Origin: a virus
Taxonomy: Duplodnaviria; Heunggongvirae; Uroviricota; Caudoviricetes
Virus record (IMG/VR): IMGVR_UViG_2850808358_000005
DNA length: 64,000 bases
Strand: one strand, 5' to 3'
This document shows, one piece after another, positions 40,921 through 51,940 of the stretch. Below the pieces are notes generated by a model, which saw only the letters and a program-made list of their open reading frames with translations, was not told the DNA's origin and did no database searches. The first letter of the stretch is position 1, and each line of letters begins with the position of its first letter. A program made the translations under genes and the position numbers.

Positions 40921-40950
40921 GCCCCTGTCCCCACCAGTTCAGGGGTTTTT
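40921..40950 (+). terminator. Rho-independent terminator after the TA pair
   Basis: cccctg ... cagggg hairpin followed by ttttt. Confidence 0.5.
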
Positions 40951-41220
40951 GCTTTCTGATATCCGGGATATTGACAAAGCAACCTGCATTGTTGCAAGAT
41001 GATCGCACTAGAAACAGTTAAGCGGTCATCCGCACCCGATAGCCTTGCGGCTTTTTTATGCCTGAAATACGGCACATCCGTACAAAGATCGGGTGGAGAG
41101 GCGTAATACAATACCCGTAAGGGGAATATGCCCGGAGCTTCTTAACTGGCTCTAGTTGACACCCGATCACCAGCTACTAACTGGTAATCGCAGACTAAAA
41201 CAGTTAAGGAGGCCACTAAA

Positions 41221-41775
41221 ATGGCTACTATCCCTGCCCTTTCTCACCCTGACGTAACCATCGAAAATGGTCGCGCTGTCACTACGTCTGTTGCTATTGC
41301 GGAGTTCTTCGGCAAACGCCACGAACGTGTGCTGGATAAAATTCGCAATTTAGACTGCTCATCAAATTTTAACGAACACAATTTTGTGTCGGTCACCTAC
41401 ACCGACACCAAAGGCGAAAAACGCCCAATGTACCAAATCACCAAAAACGGCTTCGTTTTCCTGGTGATGGGCTTCACTGGCAAAAAAGCCGCCGCATTCA
41501 AAGAAGCCTACATTGCTGAGTTCGACCGCATGGAGGCCGAACTGCGCCAGAATAATACCCTGCCCGCTGACAAAATTATCCCGGGAGATGGCCGTACTCT
41601 CGTTGTTCACTTCGACGAACACGGCAACATCAGATTCACCGAAACCGTTCCTGACGGTGCAATGGTCTGTACCCTGGATACTTTCCAGTTTTATCTGGAA
41701 AAACAGGGGTGGGCTCTTGTAAACCGGAGCGCAATTAAAAACATGACCGTAGAGCAGTTGCTTTCCTTAAAATAA
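41221..41775 (+). CDS. Rha-family phage regulatory protein
   Basis: N-terminal ...TSVAIAEFFGKRHERVLDKIRNL... Rha domain. Confidence 0.7.
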   Translation: MATIPALSHPDVTIENGRAVTTSVAIAEFFGKRHERVLDKIRNLDCSSNFNEHNFVSVTYTDTKGEKRPMYQITKNGFVFLVMGFTGKKAAAFKEAYIAEFDRMEAELRQNNTLPADKIIPGDGRTLVVHFDEHGNIRFTETVPDGAMVCTLDTFQFYLEKQGWALVNRSAIKNMTVEQLLSLK

Positions 41776-41785
41776 AAATGGAGCT

Positions 41786-42073
41786 ATGGATATGAACCCC
41801 ATGCTTGATTATTGTTTTACACCTGCCCTCAGGCAGACCATCAGTCATACCGGGATTAAAAAATGGCTGTGGAGAATCAGAAAAATTCTCCAGCAAAAAG
41901 GTGACCCGGATTTAATACAATGTGATTACCATCTCTGCAATAAACAGTTTTTACCTGAAAAAGCTTTTACTGGCGAGCTTATTTATATGCATGGAAACAT
42001 GATTGCCAGAAAGAAACGAAAATATTGCAGTGCAGCTTGTGCCGAAAAAGACAAGATGGCACACGAACTTTAA
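41786..42073 (+). CDS. Hypothetical Cys-rich protein
   Basis: 95-aa ORF. Confidence 0.3.
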   Translation: MDMNPMLDYCFTPALRQTISHTGIKKWLWRIRKILQQKGDPDLIQCDYHLCNKQFLPEKAFTGELIYMHGNMIARKKRKYCSAACAEKDKMAHEL

Positions 42074-42099
42074 TTAACTGAATATTCGAAACTGAATTT

Positions 42100-42444
42100 A
42101 TGCCAGCAATGGCAGGGATTCACTCAACCTTAAAAAAGGAAACAGCAATGAGCATTATTGAATGTGAAATTGAACTTGATGTTATTAACGATTCTCTCGC
42201 CGAATTTAAATGTGGGAATACATTACATAGTTTCATTCAGATTTCCCAAAAAGAAAACGTCACGGTAATTATTGATGACGGTTACGTTCTGGGAACATTT
42301 GATTGTTGTGTATGTGCCATTAAAGAAATTGCATTACTCACAGCTCGCATTGAAGAGGCTGACAAGAAATACGGTATCAGTTATCAACGACTGAAAGAAC
42401 TCTCTCATATCGCATCATCAGTTCGTTTCTTTTATGCAATCTGA
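42100..42444 (+). CDS. Hypothetical protein
   Basis: 114-aa ORF, probable start MSIIECEIELD. Confidence 0.3.
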   Translation: MPAMAGIHSTLKKETAMSIIECEIELDVINDSLAEFKCGNTLHSFIQISQKENVTVIIDDGYVLGTFDCCVCAIKEIALLTARIEEADKKYGISYQRLKELSHIASSVRFFYAI

Positions 42445-42467
42445 ATATGAGTTGAGGTTAAAAAACA

Positions 42468-44336
42468 ATGAGCACCGATAAACAAGTTTACCCACTGTAT
42501 TACGAAGCAAAAAATGACAAAGTAAGAAAACGCCTCGGTATTAAAGGCGGTTTTTACTGGGCTGAAGCGAAAAAATTATCCATTGCCATCTCCCGTGGTG
42601 CTGTTGCGATTGACGATGCTGGCTACGATGAAGATGACTTTAAAAAACCTGTTCGCGTCAATTTGCCCGTTGTTGATGACCTCCCACCAGAAGGCGTGTT
42701 TGATACGGAATTCTGCAACCGTTACGAAAAAGGCGGGGAAGATGGCATCACAATGGTATTTATCGCATCTTCTCCCTCTGTTCAGGACAAACCAGCCAGC
42801 ACTGACAATACCAACGTCAACGGCGAAGACATGACAGAAATTGAGGAGAACATGCTCCTGCCAGTTTCCGGTCAGGAACTGCCCATTCGTTGGCTTGCGC
42901 AACACGGCAGCGAAAAACCGGTAACGCACGTTTCACGCGACGAACTCCAGGCATTACACATTGCTCGGGATGAAGAACTACCGGCTGTTACTGCTCTGGC
43001 TGTTTCGCATAAAACCAGTCTGCTCGACCCGCTGGAGATTCGCGACCTCCACAAACTCGTGCGTGATACTGACAAAGTTTTCCCTAATCCTGGCAATTCA
43101 AATCTGGGACTGATGACTGCTTTTTTCGAAGCATATCTGGATGCCAACTACACCGATCGCGGTCTGCTGACAAAAGAGTGGATGAAAGGAAATCGTGTTT
43201 CGCGTATCACTCGCACGGCTTCCGGTGCTAATGCTGGCGGCGGGAACCTCACCGATCGCGGCGAAGGTTTCGTTCACGATCTGACGTCACTGGCGCGCGA
43301 CGTAGCCACTGGCGTACTGGCTCGTTCAATGGACGTGGACATTTATAACCTTCATCCGGCACACGCTAAACGTGTCGAGGAAATTATCGCTGAAAATAAA
43401 CCGCCCTTTTCTGTTTTCCGCGACAAATTCATCACCATGCCTGGCGGGATGGATTATTCCCGCGCCATCGTGGTTGCGTCAGTGAAAGAAGCACCGATTG
43501 GTATCGAGGTCATCCCCGCGCACGTCACTGAATATCTGAACAAGGTACTGACTGAAACCGATCATGCCAACCCTGATCCGGAAATCGTGGATATTGCCTG
43601 CGGTCGCTCCTCTGCCCCGATGCCGCAACGTGTAACAGAAGAAGGAAAACAGGATGCAACTGAACATCATCAGGACACGCAGCCGCTGGATGCTCAGTCA
43701 CAGGTAAATGCTGTTGATGCGAAATATCAGAAACTGCGGACAGAACTCCATGAAGCCCGGAAAAACATTCCGCCCAAAAATCCTGTCGATGCAGACAAAT
43801 TACTGGCTGCCTCTCGCGGAGAATTTGTTGAAGGGATTAGCGACCCGAATGATTCGAAATGGATTCCCGGTCATCATATCTCCTCAAATGAAGTCAAAAA
43901 AACGGAAAATGAAGTGCGACAGACTGAAGATAAACAGCACCAGAACAGCGAACCGGAGGAGGGAACACCCTGCAATCTGACTGGCGAGGATAACTGCCCT
44001 GACTGTGGCGCGGTGATGGGAGACGCAACTTATCAGGAAACTTTTGACGAAAAAAAACCAGATGAAGCACAGGAAGAAGAGCCGAAGAAAACGGAAAAAG
44101 CTGATGATTTGTTACCGGAGAACGCTGGCAGCGATCAGCATAATGATAGCAATAATGAAACTGGCGAAGATGAACTCAACTGGAAAAGACAGGTGTTGAT
44201 TGCGGCGGTTTACGGTTTATGTGCGAATCCTGCGTGCATAGCCTATGCGCCTGCAATCCCTGACATCGCAATGATGATTGCCAACAAGCTTGAAAATTTT
44301 GGAGTGACCAGTGATGAGCGCTTACCCGATTTTTGA
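42468..44336 (+). CDS. Large early-left protein; possible RecE N-terminal-region homologue (unverified)
   Basis: 622 aa, acidic low-complexity C-terminal third, in the Rac recE position. Confidence 0.35.
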   Translation: MSTDKQVYPLYYEAKNDKVRKRLGIKGGFYWAEAKKLSIAISRGAVAIDDAGYDEDDFKKPVRVNLPVVDDLPPEGVFDTEFCNRYEKGGEDGITMVFIASSPSVQDKPASTDNTNVNGEDMTEIEENMLLPVSGQELPIRWLAQHGSEKPVTHVSRDELQALHIARDEELPAVTALAVSHKTSLLDPLEIRDLHKLVRDTDKVFPNPGNSNLGLMTAFFEAYLDANYTDRGLLTKEWMKGNRVSRITRTASGANAGGGNLTDRGEGFVHDLTSLARDVATGVLARSMDVDIYNLHPAHAKRVEEIIAENKPPFSVFRDKFITMPGGMDYSRAIVVASVKEAPIGIEVIPAHVTEYLNKVLTETDHANPDPEIVDIACGRSSAPMPQRVTEEGKQDATEHHQDTQPLDAQSQVNAVDAKYQKLRTELHEARKNIPPKNPVDADKLLAASRGEFVEGISDPNDSKWIPGHHISSNEVKKTENEVRQTEDKQHQNSEPEEGTPCNLTGEDNCPDCGAVMGDATYQETFDEKKPDEAQEEEPKKTEKADDLLPENAGSDQHNDSNNETGEDELNWKRQVLIAAVYGLCANPACIAYAPAIPDIAMMIANKLENFGVTSDERLPDF

Positions 44337-44610
44337 TCGTATTGAAGAAATGGCATGGGCTCGTCACTACCAGCAGATCGTTCGTGAAGAAAAAGAAACG
44401 GAACTGGCGGACGACCTGGAAAAAGGTCTGCCTCAGCACCTGTTTGAATCGCTCTGCATCGACCATTTGCAACGCCACGGTGCCAATAAACAGGCAATCA
44501 GCCACGCATTTGATGATGATGTTGAGTTTCAGGAGCGCATGGCAGAACACATCCGGTACATGGCTGAAACCATTGCCCACCACCAGGTTGATATTGATTT
44601 GGAGGACTAA
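44311..44610 (+). CDS. Hypothetical protein
   Basis: 99-aa ORF, probable start [15 protein letters not shown]. Confidence 0.3.
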   Translation: MMSAYPIFDRIEEMAWARHYQQIVREEKETELADDLEKGLPQHLFESLCIDHLQRHGANKQAISHAFDDDVEFQERMAEHIRYMAETIAHHQVDIDLED

Positions 44611-45019
44611 AATCTATGGCGCTTTTTCAACGAGCAATAAACACACAGGCCTATCTAAAAGCAGGAATTATGGGGTTTGCTGGCGACGGCAAAACCTACA
44701 CAGCAAGCGAACTGGCTATTGGTCTGGTAATGCTTATGCGGCAACGGGGAATTGAAGCTGGTAACCGCCCGGTAATGTTTCTGGACACAGAAACAGGCTC
44801 TGACTGGGTTAAACCCCGCTTTGATGCGGAAAATATCGAATTATTTACGGCAAAAACCCGCTCGTTTGTTGATCTGCTTGAAGCCATTAATGAAGCGGAA
44901 AGCAGCGGTTCCGTAATGATCATCGACTCCATCAGTCACTTCTGGACCGGATTATGCGACGAGTATGCCAGACGCCGAAACCGTAAACGAGGACTGGAAT
45001 TTTCAGACTGGGCGTGGCT

Positions 45020-46284
45020 TGAGGTGTACTGGCAATAGCGGACACTACCATTTGTTCTTTTTTTAAGCAGCCATCTGATGATATTTTTCCCTGAAGGCTG
45101 CCGGGGAGATATTCCCCAGACGAGAGTGACGACGCTGACGATTGTAGAAAATCTCAATGTATTCCCGTATTACTGAGATGGCTTCATCCCGGTTATTAAA
45201 ACGATAGTGGCTCAGGCTCTCATTTTTCAGCGTTCCCCAGAAGCTTTCCATCGGAGCGTTGTCGTAACAGTTACCTTTACGCGACATTGATGTTTTCAGA
45301 CCAAACTGCTCCTGTATGACCCGGTAATCGTATGCGCAGTACTGTGAACCTCGATCAGAGTGGTGGATTAGCCCGGCAGGTGGGCGCTGGCTCCTGAGCG
45401 CCATAAACAGGGCTTTACCTGTCAGCTCTTTTGTCATGCGCTCTCCCATGGCGTAGCCGACAATTTCGCACGTATAAACATCTTTGATGCCAGCGAGGTA
45501 CAACCATCCCTCCTGTGTGGCAACATACGTCAGGTCCGCCACCCAGACCTGATTTGGTGCTGTAGGAGCGAACGTCTGGTTCAGCAGATTTGGCGCAACT
45601 GGCAGATTGTGGTTCGGGTTCGTAGTCGCTCTGAACTTGCGTTTCTGCTTACAGCGTAGCCTTAGCTCCTTACGAAGACGTGCCAGTCGGTCACGACCAA
45701 CGATGATGCCATTCTCTGCCAGCTCCGTCTGGAGCCGCCGGGTTCCATATGTTTCGCGAGTGCGGATATGTGCCACCTTAATCTCCAGTTTTAGCCGCTC
45801 ATCACTTTGTTTTCTGTCTGAGGGTTCATGCTGTACCCAGTTGTAATAACCGCTCCTGGATACACCAAATACCTGACACATAGCTTCAATGGGAAATTGT
45901 TGTCGCCATTGTTCGATTAACGCGTATTTTTCAGCGACTCCTGTGCAAAATACGCTGTTGCTTTTTTTTAATATATCTCGCTCAAGGCGAGCTTCATTTA
46001 ACGCCTTACGCAGTTGCAGAATTTCAGATTCCAGTTCAGCCACCGTGCGGGAACCAGGAGTACCGAGCCCTTTTCTGGCGGCGGTAACCCATTGTCCTAA
46101 AGTGCCTTCAGGAAGGGATAATCGGGAAGCGCCTTCACTGATCGAAAGTTGATTTTCAAGAACCGTTCTGACAGCTTCGGCTTTGAACTCTTTAGAGTAA
46201 CGTTGGGTTTTTCTGCTCATTATTAGCTCCTTCTGATGCCATTCTATTTCAGGAAGGAGTGTCCGTTAAACTCAGGCTACCTCA
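45020..46284 (-). mobile_element. IS600 copy 3, 1265 bp, TSD GCT
   Basis: Ends as other copies; GCT at 45017..45019 and 46285..46287; one extra A in the slippery run. Confidence 0.9.
45063..46220 (-). CDS. IS600 fused OrfAB transposase (in-frame fusion)
   Basis: 385-aa continuous ORF; A8 (45962..45969) versus A7 in the other four copies. Confidence 0.8.
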   Translation of the reverse strand: MSRKTQRYSKEFKAEAVRTVLENQLSISEGASRLSLPEGTLGQWVTAARKGLGTPGSRTVAELESEILQLRKALNEARLERDILKKSNSVFCTGVAEKYALIEQWRQQFPIEAMCQVFGVSRSGYYNWVQHEPSDRKQSDERLKLEIKVAHIRTRETYGTRRLQTELAENGIIVGRDRLARLRKELRLRCKQKRKFRATTNPNHNLPVAPNLLNQTFAPTAPNQVWVADLTYVATQEGWLYLAGIKDVYTCEIVGYAMGERMTKELTGKALFMALRSQRPPAGLIHHSDRGSQYCAYDYRVIQEQFGLKTSMSRKGNCYDNAPMESFWGTLKNESLSHYRFNNRDEAISVIREYIEIFYNRQRRHSRLGNISPAAFREKYHQMAA

Positions 46285-47020
46285 GCTCAAACAGGAGTGG
46301 CGACGCTTTACCGATCGATTTGTTAACAGTCAGGCGCACATTATTATGTGCGGGCGTGCAGGATATGAGTATGACTTTTTCGAAGGTGATGATGGCAAAC
46401 GCCAGTTGGCAAAAACCGGTATAAAAATGAAAGCAGAAACAGAAACCGGTTATGAACCCTCCATCCTGATCCAGATGGAGAAGCAAATGAACATAGAAAC
46501 CGGTCAGGTGTGGCGCACCGCCAGAATACTAAAAGATCGCTCCACCCGTATTGATGGACAGGTATTTTCAAACCCAACATTTAAAAACTTTCTTCCTCAT
46601 ATCGAGTTTCTTAACCTGGGAGGTGAACACCTCGGCATCGATACCTCACGGGATAACAGTGAATTATTTGCCAACGACGGTACACCGACATGGCTAAAAG
46701 AAAAGCGTGCAAAAGAAATCGCACTTGATGAAATTATCGAGTTGCTCAACAAGCACCATGGGGGCACCAGTAACGACGCCAAACGCGCAAAAGCTGATTT
46801 GCTGGAAAAAACATTCACCTCCCGCTCATGGGAAAGAATCAAAGGTATGGACTGGCCGACAATCAAAGCTGGTCGTAATGCACTATGGATTGAACTGGAA
46901 GGCGTTGAATATGCATTCCCGGATCCACAAACACAAAACGAAACGCAACAAGCAGGATACGATGAGAATATTCCGGTGTAAAACCAAGTGCATTTTTGGA
47001 AAATATTAATGGAGGTGTTC

Positions 47021-47185
47021 ATGTATAAAATTACAGCCACTATTGAAAAGGAAGGTGGTTCTCCTGCCAGCTGGACAAGATACTCAAAGACAAAACTAAC
47101 GAAATCAGAATGCGAAAAAAATGCTCTCAGGGGAAAAAGAAGCAGGCGCTTCCAGAGAGCAGAAAGTAAAACTGATAAATTTTAA
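47021..47185 (+). CDS. Hypothetical small protein
   Basis: GGAGG RBS before MYKITATIEKEGG... Confidence 0.3.
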   Translation: MYKITATIEKEGGSPASWTRYSKTKLTKSECEKNALRGKRSRRFQRAESKTDKF

Positions 47186-47316
47186 TTGCGAGAAACTTCA
47201 GTCCTCGTGAATTTCATTATATCCAGATTAGAACTTCATAGCTGATTATTAAAAATCAACCACACCCGCCAGTATTCTGTATATTTACTGGCGGTCATAT
47301 CGTGAGAGGTATGGCA

Positions 47317-47598
47317 ATGAATCTTGTGACACTCAAAACGTGGGGAAAACTCAGATATCCGGATAACCCACCATCAATATCAACGCTGAGACGATGGGCA
47401 AGGAATGGAAACATTTATCCTGCACCTGAACTACACGGGAGGAGTTACAGGGTGGTTCCGGAGGCTTTCTATATCAACCCAAATAAGGTTGATACCGATA
47501 TAACACACCATCAGCCTAATGGGCGACAAGGGAGAGACAGTCCGTTAATGGAGAAGTTAAAACATGCAGCGGAAAAAATACGATCCCAATTTGCCTAG
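47317..47598 (+). CDS. xis: Excisionase
   Basis: MNLVTLKTWGKLRYPDNPPSISTLRRWARNGNIYPAPE... Xis-like, overlaps int start. Confidence 0.7.
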   Translation: MNLVTLKTWGKLRYPDNPPSISTLRRWARNGNIYPAPELHGRSYRVVPEAFYINPNKVDTDITHHQPNGRQGRDSPLMEKLKHAAEKIRSQFA

Positions 47599-48640
47599 AA
47601 ACTTAACATATCGAAGGAGAGACAAAGCATATTACTGGCGCAACCCTCTGACGAAAGAAGAATTTACACTAGGTAAAATTTCAAGAAGAGATGCAGTAAC
47701 GCAGGCAATTGAAGCAAATCATTATATATACAAAAACTACTCTCCCGCTGCCTTAATTGAAAAACTTAAAGGGTTCGACTCATTTACTATGGCAGACTGG
47801 ATTGAACGTTACAAAACGATTCTTATAAGGAGAAAAGTGTCCAGAAATACTTATAAAATTCGGGCAAATCAACTGGAGACAATAAAAGAAAAATTGGGAG
47901 AGATTTTACTGACAGAAATAACCACTCGCCATATTGCCGAGTTTCTTGATTTGTGGATTGAAGGAGGGAAAAACACAATGGCAGGATCAATGCGTTCTGT
48001 GTTGTCTGATATGTTTCGCGAGGCCATTGTTGAAGGACGTATATCTCAAAATCCAGTCACGCCAACAAGAGCACCGAAAATAGTAGTTACAAGAGAACGA
48101 CTGAAACTAAAGACATACAACTGCATCAGGGAGGCAGCAGATCAACTTCCGGCATGGTTCCCATTAGCTATGGATTTAGCCCTTGTAACAGGACAACGTC
48201 GCGAAGACATAACGAATATGCGGTTCAGTGATATTTATGATGATCGTCTCCACGTCAGGCAAATTAAGACAGGAATGATGATTGCTATCCCCCTGTCACT
48301 CAGCCTTCCTGTCGCTGGTCTACGGCTTGGTACAGTAGTTGAACGATGCCGCCTGGTAAGCCGGGGAGATTATCTAATCAGTGCCGGGATTAGAAAAAAC
48401 AGCCCTGACGGCAGCATTCACCCGGATGGCCTGACAAAAAAATTTGTCGCAGCCAGAAAATTCACAGGTATCCAGTTCAGTGAAAACCCACCAACTTTTC
48501 ACGAGATCAGAAGCCTGGCTGGACGATTGTACAAAGAAACATGTGGAGAAGAATTTGCTCAGCGTCTACTTGGCCACACATCGGAGAAGACAACAAAAAT
48601 GTATCTTGATGAGAGAGAAAAAACGTACTTACTGCTCTGA
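47564..48640 (+). CDS. int: Tyrosine integrase (lambda Int family)
   Basis: 358 aa; C-terminal catalytic region ...[11 protein letters not shown]...[15 protein letters not shown]. Confidence 0.9.
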
Positions 48641-48687
48641 TTTTAACGTAAATGGATTGTTAAATGTATTTTGGTTGTGATATAACC

Positions 48688-48788
48688 AAAAAGACCGGAA
48701 TACAGAAATTCGAGTAAATTTCGGGGAATTTCGGGGGAGACATTTGCAACTAATTGATTTCAAATGCAATTAAAAAAAGACCGAATAC
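48688..48788. repeat. Candidate att core repeats AAAAAGACCG(G)AATAC
   Basis: Motif at 48688..48703 and 48774..48788; degenerate copy at 793..807 at the start of the first ipaH repeat. Confidence 0.35.
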
Positions 48789-49242
48789 GATTCCTGTTTT
48801 CGTCAACAAACAATAAAACCCTTTAAAATTAATGCGTTGAATAAATTTACGTTCATCTTTTAATCCCTGGCACGTACCATTGCATATTAATACATTCAAC
48901 CAGTTACCATTTTTTTCGAGTTTTTTAGAGAAATTTTCGGGAATATTTCAGGTCAATCCATGCAGACGCAAGCAATTCCTGTATTGAATAATTCCGTAGC
49001 AATTATGTAAAATCATCTCCGGCTGATTTTCATTCAAACTCGCGCTATCGAACATCCATCAGCCAGCCGTGGCACGTTCTTGCATACGACGTGCTACGGT
49101 TTCCTTTACGATTTGGGGTTGCGACTTTACCTCTATTGATAATGCATTCCGGCAGAACGTTCAAATATGAAGTACGATGTTTAACTAACCGAAAAACAAG
49201 AACAATACGGTGCAAGCAAGCTATTCACAGTTAACTGAAACA

Positions 49243-49259
49243 GTATCGTTTTTTTACAG
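49243..49259 (+). promoter_or_regulatory. MxiE box, second copy
   Basis: GTATCGTTTTTTTACAG identical to the first copy. Confidence 0.8.
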
Positions 49260-49378
49260 CCAATTTTGTTTGTCCTTTTATAATAAAAAAGTTATGAAGT
49301 TCATTTCATGGAATGAACTTCATAAAAACTCCTACTTATTTCTTTTAACAAAGCCATTTGTCCATCGGCTTTAACTGA

Positions 49379-51094
49379 ATGTCCATCATGTTACCGATAA
49401 ATAATAACTTTTCATTGTCCCAAAATTCTTTTTATAACACTATTTCCGGTACATATGCTGATTACTTTTCAGCATGGGATAAATGGGAAAAACAAGCGCT
49501 CCCCGGTGAAAATCGGAATGAAGCGGTCTCCCTACTTAAAGAATGTCTCATCAATCAGTTCAGTGAGCTTCAACTGAATCGTTTAAATCTGTCCTCGCTA
49601 CCTGACAACTTACCACCTCAAATCACTGTTCTGGAAATTACTCAGAATGCCCTAATATCATTACCAGAATTGCCAGCATCGCTGGAATACCTTGACGCCT
49701 GTGACAATCACCTGTCAACACTTCCTGAATTACCCGCATCTCTGAAACATCTTGATGTAGATAACAACCAACTAACCATGCTTCCTGAATTGCCTGCATT
49801 GCTGGAATATATTAATGCAGATAACAATCAGCTAACCATGCTTCCTGAATTACCTACATCGCTGGAAGTGCTCTCAGTAAGAAATAACCAGCTGACATTT
49901 CTCCCTGAGTTACCTGAATCACTGGAAGCGCTCGATGTAAGTACTAATCTTCTGGAAAGCCTACCAGCCGTACCTGTAAGAAATCATCACTCAGAGGAAA
50001 CCGAGATATTTTTCCGGTGCCGCGAGAATCGCATCACACACATTCCGGAAAATATACTTAGCCTTGATCCGACCTGCACTATCATCCTCGAAGACAATCC
50101 TCTGTCCTCACGGATCAGGGAGTCTCTGTCGCAACAAACCGCCCAACCGGACTACCACGGCCCACGGATTTACTTCTCCATGAGTGACGGACAACAGAAT
50201 ACACTCCATCGCCCCCTGGCTGATGCCGTGACAGCATGGTTCCCGGAAAACAAACAATCTGATGTATCACAGATATGGCATGCTTTTGAACATGAAGAGC
50301 ACGCCAACACCTTTTCCGCGTTCCTTGACCGCCTTTCCGATACCGTCTCTGCACGCAATACCTCCGGATTCCGTGAACAGGTCGCTGCATGGCTGGAAAA
50401 ACTCAGTGCCTCTGCGGAGCTTCGACAGCAGTCTTTCGCTGTTGCTGCTGATGCCACTGAGAGCTGTGAGGACCGTGTCGCGCTCACATGGAACAATCTC
50501 CGGAAAACCCTCCTGGTCCATCAGGCATCTGAAGGCCTTTTCGATAATGATACCGGCGCTCTGCTCTCCCTGGGCAGGGAAATGTTCCGCCTCGAAATTC
50601 TGGAGGACATTGCCCGGGATAAAGTCAGAACTCTCCATTTTGTGGATGAGATAGAAGTCTACCTGGCCTTCCAGACCATGCTCGCAGAGAAACTTCAGCT
50701 CTCCACTGCCGTGAAGGAAATGCGTTTCTATGGCGTGTCGGGAGTGACAGCAAATGACCTCCGCACTGCCGAAGCCATGGTCAGAAGCCGTGAAGAGAAT
50801 GAATTTACGGACTGGTTCTCCCTCTGGGGACCATGGCATGCTGTACTGAAGCGTACGGAAGCTGACCGCTGGGCGCTGGCAGAAGAGCAGAAATATGAGA
50901 TGCTGGAGAATGAGTACCCTCAGAGGGTGGCTGACCGGCTGAAAGCATCAGGTCTGAGCGGTGATGCGGATGCGGAGAGGGAAGCCGGTGCACAGGTGAT
51001 GCGTGAGACTGAACAGCAGATTTACCGTCAGCTGACTGACGAGGTACTGGCCCTGCGATTGCCTGAAAACGGCTCACAACTGCACCATTCATAA
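49379..51094 (+). CDS. ipaH: IpaH-family type III effector, second identical copy
   Basis: 571-aa product identical to 1400..3115. Confidence 0.95.
   Translation: MSIMLPINNNFSLSQNSFYNTISGTYADYFSAWDKWEKQALPGENRNEAVSLLKECLINQFSELQLNRLNLSSLPDNLPPQITVLEITQNALISLPELPASLEYLDACDNHLSTLPELPASLKHLDVDNNQLTMLPELPALLEYINADNNQLTMLPELPTSLEVLSVRNNQLTFLPELPESLEALDVSTNLLESLPAVPVRNHHSEETEIFFRCRENRITHIPENILSLDPTCTIILEDNPLSSRIRESLSQQTAQPDYHGPRIYFSMSDGQQNTLHRPLADAVTAWFPENKQSDVSQIWHAFEHEEHANTFSAFLDRLSDTVSARNTSGFREQVAAWLEKLSASAELRQQSFAVAADATESCEDRVALTWNNLRKTLLVHQASEGLFDNDTGALLSLGREMFRLEILEDIARDKVRTLHFVDEIEVYLAFQTMLAEKLQLSTAVKEMRFYGVSGVTANDLRTAEAMVRSREENEFTDWFSLWGPWHAVLKRTEADRWALAEEQKYEMLENEYPQRVADRLKASGLSGDADAEREAGAQVMRETEQQIYRQLTDEVLALRLPENGSQLHHS
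49600..49969 (+). repeat. LRR-encoding tandem DNA repeats in the second ipaH
   Basis: Same as first copy. Confidence 0.7.
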
Positions 51095-51602
51095 TCACAT
51101 CGCATAAACCACAGACCGGACTGACTCCGGAAAAACAGAGGCCCGCCCCCGGGCCTCCCCGGATTCATCCGTTTCCCTGTTCAGCCTGACAGCACGCCCC
51201 GGCGGCCGGATGACAGACTCCGCTTCGGTAAGCAAAGCGGTCTTCTGTGATTCCGCCAGTTGCGGCTTATTCATTACTCAACGTCAAACGCCCGAATTGA
51301 AGCCAAATCATCCAGACTGCTCAGCTCCTCTTTCATCTCCCGCTGACGGCGATAAATCTCATCGTTGCGATCGACCTGCGCCTGCACCATTGCTGCCGCC
51401 AGTTCTTCCAGTTCCGGCATCGACAGTTTCACCTGCTGATTATCGGCATCGCTCCACGCCATATGCGTTTGTGCTGTGACAGATTTTGCCAGCATGACTA
51501 CCGGGGACAGGCGGCCCAGTGAGTCGGGGCCAGCATTCTGAGGTAGCCTGAGTTTAACGGACACTCCTTCCTGAAATAGAATGGCATCAGAAGGAGCTAA
51601 TA

Positions 51603-51905
51603 ATGAGCAGAAAAACCCAACGTTACTCTAAAGAGTTCAAAGCCGAAGCTGTCAGAACGGTTCCTGAAAATCAACTTTCGATCAGTGAAGGCGCTTCCCG
51701 ATTATCCCTTCCTGAAGGCACTTTAGGACAATGGGTTACCGCCGCCAGAAAAGGGCTCGGTACTCCTGGTTCCCGCACGGTGGCTGAACTGGAATCTGAA
51801 ATTCTGCAACTGCGTAAGGCGTTAAATGAAGCTCGCCTTGAGCGAGATATATTAAAAAAAGCAACAGCGTATTTTGCACAGGAGTCGCTGAAAAATACGC
51901 GTTAA
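51603..51905 (+). CDS. IS600 OrfA
   Basis: 100 aa (one substitution RTVPENQ). Confidence 0.9.
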   Translation: MSRKTQRYSKEFKAEAVRTVPENQLSISEGASRLSLPEGTLGQWVTAARKGLGTPGSRTVAELESEILQLRKALNEARLERDILKKATAYFAQESLKNTR

Positions 51906-51940
51906 TCGAACAATGGCGACAACAATTTCCCATTGAAGCG

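Larger units (their letters stand above)
44616..46981 (+). pseudogene. P-loop ATPase (phage recombination-module type) interrupted by IS600 copy 3
   Basis: Walker A GFAGDGKTYTA; reading frame continues across the insertion once the IS and one GCT TSD copy are removed. Confidence 0.6.

Noticed and set aside
46988-47320. 9-bp inverted repeat ccgccagta / tactggcgg upstream of xis as a defined operator
   Set aside because: Single short palindrome without recognisable binding-site consensus; noted only as a possible regulatory hairpin.
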